A DNA stretch of 64,000 bases from Candidatus Poribacteria bacterium. Lineage in GTDB: Bacteria; Poribacteria; WGA-4E; GCA-2687025. The stretch is taken from assembly GCA_963665845.2 (NCBI GenBank), contig OY762492.1:1280001-1344000 (forward strand). The letters are read 5' to 3'. A program made the translations under genes and the position numbers. Shown here in pieces: positions 36,802-44,287 of the stretch. Under the pieces are notes generated by a model. It was given only the letters and a program-made list of their open reading frames with translations. It did not search any database and had not been told where the DNA came from. Position 1 is the stretch's first letter, and every line of letters begins with the position of its first letter.

Positions 36802-38027
36802 TCGGATAAATCTTTCGCAAGCTCCATGATGTTGCGCATCTGATTGACGAGCGGACCGTAATCCTGCGTAAACTGTTTGGCGATTTGAGAAAGCTGTTCA
36901 TGCAGCTCATTCATCGATCTGGTCAACGCCGCTTCCGTCGCCTTTTCGAGAGAATGCAACGCATCCGCGCGTTCTCTGATCATCGCATCGATCGAATCGC
37001 CCGCCTTAACCGCGCCGGACTGGAGCGCCGCATTCACCTCCTCTTGGCTCTGTAGTATCAACTCGCGCTGATCCTGCATCCCTGTGTTGATCTCATTCGC
37101 CGCTTCTGTAAACGCCTCGATGGCGCTCATCATCAGAGGCGTGGAGGCGTTTAGGTTTTCGGTTCCTTTCTGAATTGCATGCTGCGCAGGTTCAAGCATA
37201 TCGGCGGCTAGATTAGCCGATTCCACAATCTGCGCAGTTCCTCTCTCCATCTGCGTGACGATCGAATCGAGTCCTGTCAGCGCATGCTCTAGCCGCTCTG
37301 CAATCGTTGAAAACCGTTCGCTTCTTTCAACGACGCTTGTCAGCGTCTGTTCGCAAGCGTCAAGCGCCATGACAGCGCGTTCGATCTGCGCAGTTTGCTC
37401 CTGAATCATCTGCTGATGCTGCCGCTGCCACTCCAGCAAATTGTTGGTTGATTCCGCCAATTTGCGAAAACTTTCTCCGCACTGCCTGCTGATTTCGGCG
37501 TTGAATTTATCGATTGTGCCGGCGAGCGCTTTTTCAATCGCTTTGGCGCATTTTTCAGACACCTCCGCTTCAAACGCTTTTATGTCGCTGCGCATCACTT
37601 GGACTTCGGCGGTGAGCGTCGATACGCCCTCTTTCACCGTTGCGACAATCTCGGCCATACCCGCGTTCCCTTCCGCGAGGGATTCGGAGATCGATTTGAT
37701 CATGACGACCGCTTCCGGCGGTTTTTCATAGGCTTTGGCATGGACAATCTTGAGCAAAACCGCCGTACCCATTCCAAACACGGAGGTGATGAAGGCGAAG
37801 CGCAGCCCCGACAGCAGACTTTGGACGCTGCCCACAAGATTCGCGTTCGGCGCGGACGGGCTGATATTTAAGCCGAAGAGACCGACGCAGATGCCGACGA
37901 ACGTTCCAAGCACGCCCAGCATCGTCGCCAGATTCGGGAGCCGCTCCTTCTGCTCCAACCTTCGATTTGCCAATAGGACGATCAGAACGATCCCTGCGCA
38001 CCAGGCGATAGAAAACGTTAGGTTCAT
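36798..38027 (-). CDS. zorA: ZorA-like MotA-type protein (copy 3, 409 aa)
   Basis: LGVLGTFVGI, GLRFAFITSVFG, helical tail, C-terminal FTQDYGPL. Confidence 0.8.
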   Translation of the reverse strand: MNLTFSIAWCAGIVLIVLLANRRLEQKERLPNLATMLGVLGTFVGICVGLFGLNISPSAPNANLVGSVQSLLSGLRFAFITSVFGMGTAVLLKIVHAKAYEKPPEAVVMIKSISESLAEGNAGMAEIVATVKEGVSTLTAEVQVMRSDIKAFEAEVSEKCAKAIEKALAGTIDKFNAEISRQCGESFRKLAESTNNLLEWQRQHQQMIQEQTAQIERAVMALDACEQTLTSVVERSERFSTIAERLEHALTGLDSIVTQMERGTAQIVESANLAADMLEPAQHAIQKGTENLNASTPLMMSAIEAFTEAANEINTGMQDQRELILQSQEEVNAALQSGAVKAGDSIDAMIRERADALHSLEKATEAALTRSMNELHEQLSQIAKQFTQDYGPLVNQMRNIMELAKDLSE

Positions 38028-38061
38028 GTGCGATCCGTTATTGAAGTTGTCAGATTAAATT

Positions 38062-38853
38062 TCATTGACTGCGCCATTTTTCCAGATATTTTTTGATCTT
38101 TTCGACGACGCCCTCAATCTCTTTCAGTTTCTTTTCCGAGTTGATTCGGACGCGAAACTCCACGCGGCGCGATTTAGACGGGTCTTCATGATTGCCGCTC
38201 TGGGCAATCAGTTTTCCGCCGCTGTCCAGAAGCTTGCTGGACGATAAACCGTTGGCGGTCAGTTTGCTCAATATCCATGCTTGATCGTTCTGAACCGCCT
38301 CTTTTTCGAGTCCGATCACATATTCTAGGACGGAGCGGGTTCGATCCTGCGACAGCTCCATGTTGTTGATGTAGGCGATTCTGGACGTCTCGGCGCCTTC
38401 CCACTCGCTGGATGTATGCCCCTCAATTCGAATCTCTTCAATGTGTCCGCGGAATTTTGAATCGGATACAACCGCAATATACCGCGGAAAAAATTCGTCC
38501 ATGATGCGGAGAAATTTCTCTGGCAGTCTGGAGCTTCCCCTTTCAAAAAACTCTTCAGGGTTAAAGCGTATGTACAGCGTTTCTCGGTCAAGGCTGGCGT
38601 TCCATTTTTCCAGGTCCGCCTCAAATTCACTGTTTAGAGCCTTGTATAACTCATCCTGTAAATCGCGGTGAGATTCTGAAATATCCTTAACATCTTCAAC
38701 CAGCCCCTGAGCGTCCTTCGTTTTCTGCACCGCGTCCACCATGAAACTGATGGCGACAAAAAGAAAAATCACCATCAGCCCCGCCATCATGTCCGATATT
38801 GAAATCCATTGACCCTCGCGCTGATTGTCGGAGGCGCCTAAAAAGGTGCGCAT
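38062..38853 (-). CDS. zorB: ZorB-like MotB/OmpA protein (copy 4)
   Basis: WISISDMMAGLMVIFLF, EIRIEGHTSSEW, LSQDRTRSV, ANGLSSS, SRRVEFR. Confidence 0.9.
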   Translation of the reverse strand: MRTFLGASDNQREGQWISISDMMAGLMVIFLFVAISFMVDAVQKTKDAQGLVEDVKDISESHRDLQDELYKALNSEFEADLEKWNASLDRETLYIRFNPEEFFERGSSRLPEKFLRIMDEFFPRYIAVVSDSKFRGHIEEIRIEGHTSSEWEGAETSRIAYINNMELSQDRTRSVLEYVIGLEKEAVQNDQAWILSKLTANGLSSSKLLDSGGKLIAQSGNHEDPSKSRRVEFRVRINSEKKLKEIEGVVEKIKKYLEKWRSQ

Positions 38854-38909
38854 CGTTCAATCCCTAGTTTGCGTTAAAATGCCTGCTTGAAAATGCGTCT
38901 GCGCGTCGG

Positions 38910-39551
38910 TCATACGGCGTCCTCCCCGCTGGGTTGAAGGCGTTCTCGGAGACGCGTCATCTCCTGTTCCACCAGCTCATCCGGTTCGTTCGCCGGCGCC
39001 TTGTTCAGCTCGCGCTCCAGCCCCTTCTTCTCCGCTTTGATGTCCATCTCATGCGCGATGCCGCTGCGCCTGTTCTGCGTCTGCGCCGCCTCATGTTTCA
39101 GTATCCACATCTCATGCTGCCGTTTTAACCGTTCAATTTCAAACATATCTTCGTCGTTGCTCATCTTCATCGCCGCCGTCAACGTTTCAATGGAGCGTAT
39201 GTCGTCTTCGATTCGTTCGCATGCCTCCAGCGCCGTCAGTTTGAGTCGGAGATGTTTCTTCGCGTTCTGCTCTTCGTCTAGCAATAGGGCGTTTTCCGCC
39301 GCTTTTTGCGCCTGTTCCGCCTTCCGTTCGTTTTTTTTCAATTCCTCGCGCCAATGCGCTACCGTCTTGTTCGCCTCGCGGATAAATCTTCTCCGCTCCC
39401 CGATCTTTTTGACGCCGTTGACGATCGCCCCTAAGAATTTCTTGTCTGTTTTGGAGGAACGGCGCGGCGCCTGTTTCGGCCAAGGGGATGTCGCCATCCG
39501 TTTGCGCAAACCGGCAAAGTGTCGGTTTTGTCCAAAATCCGGCAGCTTCAT
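38910..39551 (-). CDS. PspA/IM30-like coiled-coil protein with ZorE-like N-terminus
   Basis: MKLPDFGQNRHFAGLRKRM start, KAAENALLLDEEQNAKKHLRLK, C-terminal VEQEMTRLRERL. Confidence 0.6.
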   Translation of the reverse strand: MKLPDFGQNRHFAGLRKRMATSPWPKQAPRRSSKTDKKFLGAIVNGVKKIGERRRFIREANKTVAHWREELKKNERKAEQAQKAAENALLLDEEQNAKKHLRLKLTALEACERIEDDIRSIETLTAAMKMSNDEDMFEIERLKRQHEMWILKHEAAQTQNRRSGIAHEMDIKAEKKGLERELNKAPANEPDELVEQEMTRLRERLQPSGEDAV

Positions 39552-41053
39552 TCTAAATCCTTCGCCATCTGAACCACCTCGCGCAGCCTTTCGGTCAGCG
39601 GTCCGTAATCGTCCACAAACTTTTCCGACAGCTCCGCCAACTGACGACCCAGCGTGATCAGCGACTGCTTCAGCGCCGCCTCAAGACTTTTCTCCAGATT
39701 GTTCAACGCCCGCGCCCGCTCCATGAACAGCCGATCCACGCTCTCGCCGATCTTTTCAGCCGCCGCGGCGACCGCTTTATTCATGCCGGCGATGTTTTCA
39801 TCCACCTTCGGCAGCTCGCGGTTCGCCGAGGAGGCGGCGTCCGCAAACGCTTTCCATTCGTCCGTCAAACGGGAGGCGCCGTCGGTCAACGCTTTCAGCG
39901 CCGGCGCTAGTTCCCGCGCCGGCTCCTCCACCGCCGCCAGCGTTTCCTGCCGCGCGGACATATGCTGAATAACCGCCTCTAGACGCTCCGCGGTCTCGAC
40001 AAACAGACCGCTTTGCGCGACCAGTTTGCCCATCGCCCCTTGAATCTCCGAAAGCGCCTGCGAACCCGCCTCCAGCGCCTCTTGCGAGCGGCGGCTCCGT
40101 TCGTCTAGGTTTTTGCTGATTTCGTCCGCCGCCGTTTGAAACGCGCCTGACGCCTGCTTTAAACCGCTCTCTAGCTGTGGAATCGTTTGACCGGCTGTTT
40201 TGGCTGAATCGGCGACGGACCGAAACTCGCCGCCCAGATTGCCCGCCCCTTCCCGCAGCGCTTCCAGCGCCGACGCCAGCTGCGCCGCCGGCTCAACGAG
40301 GCGCGCGATGCGCTCCTCCCGCGTCTCCAGCTCCTCCAATGCGCCGTCCAGACGATCCGCGATGGACGCGAACGCGCCGCTGCGCTCCACAAACGCGCTC
40401 ATCGCCTCCTCCGACGCCTTCAGCGCCGCGATGGAGGCGTCCAGCTGCTTCGACTGCTCCTCCACCTGTTTTGCATGCGCCGTCTGCCATAGATGAAGAC
40501 GGCCGGCAGTGTCGTTCAGCTGACGAAAACTCTCGGCGCATTGGGCGTTGATCTCGGCGTTGAAACCCTCGACAAGGCTCTCCATCGCGGCGGTCAGCGC
40601 CGCCGCCGATTTATCGGCAACCTCCGCCTCAAAGGTTTTGAAATCGCCGCGCAGCTTCTCCGACTGGTCAATGAGGCGCGCGTTGCCGTCGTTGAGCGCC
40701 TGAACAAGCGCGTCCAGCCGCTCCGTCAACGGCTCCAGCGGATCGGACGCATCCTCGTCCGTTTGCTTCATTTTAAGAAAGACGGCGGTACCCATGCCGA
40801 ATACAGAGGTGATGAAGGCGAAGCGGAGACCGTTTAAAAGGCTGCTGGCGCCTTTCTCCAGCTGGGCGATGCCGCCCGTTTCGGACAGCTGAATCCCAAG
40901 CAGGCTCCAACAGACGCCGACGAAGGTGCCGAGAACGCCCAGCATCGTCGCCAGATGCGGCAGCCGCTCTTTTTCCACATTCGGTTTGCGGCTTAGCCAA
41001 AAGACCGCCGCGACGATGCCGACGCACCAGAGAGCGGGAAAAAGATAGTTCAT
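39548..41053 (-). CDS. zorA: ZorA-like MotA-type protein (copy 2, 501 aa)
   Basis: LGVLGTFVGV, GLRFAFITSVFG, helical tail, LGRQLAELSEKFVDDYGPLT. Confidence 0.8.
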   Translation of the reverse strand: MNYLFPALWCVGIVAAVFWLSRKPNVEKERLPHLATMLGVLGTFVGVCWSLLGIQLSETGGIAQLEKGASSLLNGLRFAFITSVFGMGTAVFLKMKQTDEDASDPLEPLTERLDALVQALNDGNARLIDQSEKLRGDFKTFEAEVADKSAAALTAAMESLVEGFNAEINAQCAESFRQLNDTAGRLHLWQTAHAKQVEEQSKQLDASIAALKASEEAMSAFVERSGAFASIADRLDGALEELETREERIARLVEPAAQLASALEALREGAGNLGGEFRSVADSAKTAGQTIPQLESGLKQASGAFQTAADEISKNLDERSRRSQEALEAGSQALSEIQGAMGKLVAQSGLFVETAERLEAVIQHMSARQETLAAVEEPARELAPALKALTDGASRLTDEWKAFADAASSANRELPKVDENIAGMNKAVAAAAEKIGESVDRLFMERARALNNLEKSLEAALKQSLITLGRQLAELSEKFVDDYGPLTERLREVVQMAKDLE

Positions 41054-41062
41054 TCGCGCGTC

Positions 41063-41890
41063 TCAATCGGCGTCAAAGTTTCCCTGCGCCTCCTTGAATT
41101 CGTCATACAGCTCTTCGATCATCTCGATGCGTTTTTCGGCGCTGATGCGGACGCGGAACTCAACGCGCCGCGACCGCCGCTTGTCTTCGCCCTTGCCGCT
41201 TATTTTAATCAGATTTCCGTTCCTGTCCAACCGCTTGCTGAACGACAAGCCGTTCGCGGTCATGCGGTCTTGGATCCATTCCAGGTTGTCTCTCACGACG
41301 CGCTTTGGAATCTGCAGAACATATTGGAGCGTTGAACGGGTGCGGTCTTGGGACAGCTGCATGTTGAAAAAATACGCCTCATCGGGCGAGGCGCTTTCGT
41401 TCCATTCGCTGGAGGTATGCCCCTCAATGCGTATCTCTTCGATGTCGCCCCGATACTTCTCCTGGGCGAGAATATGCACATAGCGCGGGAAAAAGTCGTC
41501 CAGTATCGCGCGAAAACCAGCCGGCAGACGCGAGCTGCCCTGCCGAAAAAGCATGCCGGGGTCCTGAAACCGAATCGAAAGCGTGTCGGGATCGATCTCG
41601 GCGTTCCACTTTTGGAGATCGTTTGTCCGCTCAAATTCTTGGCGCAGGTCTTGCAGCAGCTCCTTCTGAAGATTGCGGTAGGTTTCCGCCGCCTCCTGGA
41701 CGCTGTCGCGCTGGCGTTCGGCTGTTTTCCGCTGCCTGTCCGCCTCCGCTTTTTTCTGCGCCGCGTCGATCATAAAACTGATTGCAATGAACAGAAAAAC
41801 CGCCATCAGCACGGTCATCATATCGGAGATGGAGAGCCACTGTCCCTCGTTTTGATCGGGGTTTCGGCGGAAGAGATTGCGCATCGTCAA
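41063..41890 (-). CDS. zorB: ZorB-like MotB/OmpA protein (copy 3)
   Basis: WLSISDMMTVLMAVFLF, EGHTSSEW, LSQDRTRS, SRRVEFR. Confidence 0.9.
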   Translation of the reverse strand: MTMRNLFRRNPDQNEGQWLSISDMMTVLMAVFLFIAISFMIDAAQKKAEADRQRKTAERQRDSVQEAAETYRNLQKELLQDLRQEFERTNDLQKWNAEIDPDTLSIRFQDPGMLFRQGSSRLPAGFRAILDDFFPRYVHILAQEKYRGDIEEIRIEGHTSSEWNESASPDEAYFFNMQLSQDRTRSTLQYVLQIPKRVVRDNLEWIQDRMTANGLSFSKRLDRNGNLIKISGKGEDKRRSRRVEFRVRISAEKRIEMIEELYDEFKEAQGNFDAD

Positions 41891-41899
41891 GACATCCCC

Positions 41900-42718
41900 C
41901 TAGCGTCCGGCGGATACTGGATTCCTCGCCATGTGACCATGTCCAGGCTGCTTTCGGTGGCACCAATGGCACAAAGCCTTCAGGTTGGTGCGGTCGTTGT
42001 TCGCCTTATTTCCGTCGATGTGGTGAACATGCAGACGTTGTCTCTGTACTCGGAAATTAATTAGGCATTGTTCACATACCCACCCGACAGACTCCCGGTA
42101 TTGGAGCGATATTTCATGCCAATCTTCTGGATATACGTTGGCAGGGGCTGTTTCGTTATTGTGCAGCGGGAGCCATGTGGTCGGCGTTTCCCGATACATC
42201 TCAAAAAACTCATCCAGCCTGAAATTACGATAGATTTCGTCCCAATCCCGTCCGTATTGGCGATAGCCTTTATACCGCAGCTTAGCGAGGCAGTTTTTAC
42301 AGACATTCAAGCGGACATGTTCGGTTTGGACGCCGGCGTACCCGTTGTTAACATTGATCTGGAAGATGCCGTCTGTCCGATTTGAGACGACATATCGATG
42401 CCCTCTACCGCCCTTGATCATGCCACTGAGCGTTCCGCAGTGCGCGATGTGAAATTTCGGTCTTGATCCTAAGGAGCTGACATCGCGGATATAGATCAGC
42501 ACCCTCTCTCCATTGATCGCGAGAGTGCCGTCAGATCCTATGACGAGATCATCGGGGTTCACCTCCAGGCCTTCGCGAGACGCGAGCGTTTTACGAAGCT
42601 CGTTCGGGTCCAGGGATTTCCATCCGGCCCCGCCTCGTTCCTGCTCCACATATTCGGCGCCCATCGCGCGGCGCAGGAGATTCAGACGCGCATGTTCACG
42701 GAAATTGGGCAGCTTCAT
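41900..42718 (-). CDS. zorE: ZorE-like HNH endonuclease
   Basis: KFHIAHCGTL, VCKNCL, C-terminal CEQC...LHVHHIDGNKANNDRTNLKALCHWCH. Lies downstream of zorAB. Confidence 0.85.
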   Translation of the reverse strand: MKLPNFREHARLNLLRRAMGAEYVEQERGGAGWKSLDPNELRKTLASREGLEVNPDDLVIGSDGTLAINGERVLIYIRDVSSLGSRPKFHIAHCGTLSGMIKGGRGHRYVVSNRTDGIFQINVNNGYAGVQTEHVRLNVCKNCLAKLRYKGYRQYGRDWDEIYRNFRLDEFFEMYRETPTTWLPLHNNETAPANVYPEDWHEISLQYRESVGWVCEQCLINFRVQRQRLHVHHIDGNKANNDRTNLKALCHWCHRKQPGHGHMARNPVSAGR

Positions 42719-43425
42719 TATGCAATTCCTCCCTCTTCGACAATGCGGGTGATGCGCTTCTCGGCGTTGATGGCGATTCGGAATTCAAGGCGGCGCGACC
42801 GCATTTTGTCCTCGTTTCCGTTTTTCAGCAAGCGCGGTTTGCTTGATGAAAGCCCGTTGGCGGTCAGTCGGCTTAGCATCCACTGCCGCTCTCTGGGTAT
42901 CGGCGTACGCGAGATGCCCAGGACAAATTCCAACGCGGCGCGGGCGCGGTTTTGGGTCAGCTCCATGTTGCGGATATACGCCTCTTCAGAGGTTGCAGTT
43001 TTGCTCCAGTCGCTGGATGTGTGCGCTTCAATGCGTATTTCTTTGATGGCGTCCCGATACTTTTCGCGGGCGAGTATCCGTATGTAACGCGGGAAGAAAT
43101 CGTCCAGGATCGCGCGCAGCGGCGTTTGAAGCTTTGAGGCTTCTGCTTGAAAGAGCATGTCGGGCGTTTGAAAACGCACCGAAAGGGCGACGGCGTCCAG
43201 CTCGGCTTGCCACTCGTCCAGATCGTTTCTGAATTCATCGTAGAGATCTTTGTACAGACCTGCCTGAAGACGTTGATGGCCAACGGCAATCGCCTTGAGT
43301 CCATCTCGAACGCTCTCCGCTCTCTTTCTTTGGGTACGCTCACGGATCAGCGAGCCGATGAGGACGATAAGGATTGCGACAGCAAAAACCCCCATGCTTT
43401 CAACCGGCATATTCTCAAAAGGCAT
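42718..43425 (-). CDS. zorB: ZorB-like protein (copy 2) with atypical TM helix
   Basis: OmpA-like domain closely similar to copy 1 (EAHTSS, LTQNRARA, SRRLEFR), but no WISISD TM motif. Confidence 0.8.
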   Translation of the reverse strand: MPFENMPVESMGVFAVAILIVLIGSLIRERTQRKRAESVRDGLKAIAVGHQRLQAGLYKDLYDEFRNDLDEWQAELDAVALSVRFQTPDMLFQAEASKLQTPLRAILDDFFPRYIRILAREKYRDAIKEIRIEAHTSSDWSKTATSEEAYIRNMELTQNRARAALEFVLGISRTPIPRERQWMLSRLTANGLSSSKPRLLKNGNEDKMRSRRLEFRIAINAEKRITRIVEEGGIA

Positions 43426-43500
43426 ACGGCGCCTTTCTACGAGTTTCGGATGCCGGCAAGGAGCCGACTCCTGTAAAAGCGCGAGCCAGGTTTGAGCGCG

Positions 43501-44253
43501 TCATTCAACGATTCCTCCCTCTTGGATAATGCGGACGATCTGTTCCTCGGCGTTCGTACGGACGCGAAACTCAACGCGCCGAGACTGTATTTTATCTTCT
43601 TCGTCGCCATTTTTGAAGCGGAGCTTGCTGGACGAAAGCCCGTTGGCGGTCAAATGCTTCTTGACCCAATCCCGCTCTTTCGGCATCGGAGATTTCTGGA
43701 TATTTAAGACGTGCTTTAACACGGCGCGCGTCCGATCCTGGGACAGTTTCATGTTTAGAATATATGCCTTATCCTGCGAAACGGACACATTCCACTCGCT
43801 GGACGTATGCCCTTCAATGCGTATCTCTTCGATGTCGTCCCGATATTTTTCCTGATCGTCCAGGGCGAGAATTCGAATATAGCGCGGGAAGAAATCGTCC
43901 AGGATGCCTTCAAACCGCTCCTGAAGATCTGCTTTTCCTATCTCAAAAAGAACGTCCGGCGCACGAAAACGCACCGAGAGCGTCGGCTTGTCGATGGTGG
44001 CGTCCCACTCGTCTAGATTGTCTTTGAACTCATCAAGCAGATCGTTGTACAGATCGTTCTGAAGACGCTGGTAGGTGACGGCGATCTCTTTGATGCTGTC
44101 TCTTTCCACCTCGATTTTGTTCTTTTTCTCCTGCGCGTCCAGCATGAAACTGAGCGCGACAAACAGGAAAATCACCATGAGACCGGCCATCATGTCGGAG
44201 ATGGAGATCCATTGTCCCTCGTCCTGCTGTTCGGGAAGCTGCTGGTCATTCAT
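43501..44253 (-). CDS. zorB: ZorB (copy 1)
   Basis: WISISDMMAGLMVIFLF, EGHTSSEW, LSQDRTRAV, SRRVEFR. Confidence 0.9.
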   Translation of the reverse strand: MNDQQLPEQQDEGQWISISDMMAGLMVIFLFVALSFMLDAQEKKNKIEVERDSIKEIAVTYQRLQNDLYNDLLDEFKDNLDEWDATIDKPTLSVRFRAPDVLFEIGKADLQERFEGILDDFFPRYIRILALDDQEKYRDDIEEIRIEGHTSSEWNVSVSQDKAYILNMKLSQDRTRAVLKHVLNIQKSPMPKERDWVKKHLTANGLSSSKLRFKNGDEEDKIQSRRVEFRVRTNAEEQIVRIIQEGGIVE

Positions 44254-44287
44254 CGTTCAAACCTTCCATTTTCATCGCTTGAGCGGT

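Noticed and set aside
43426-43503. The zorB1 UGA stop is in frame with zorB2 through 25 open codons, suggesting Sec readthrough in a sel+ genome
   Set aside because: No conserved Cys-equivalent position. The nearby hairpin (AGGAG-TCGG-CTCCT) lacks a G-initial loop. A fusion would put the second OmpA domain in the cytoplasm. Plausibly chance.
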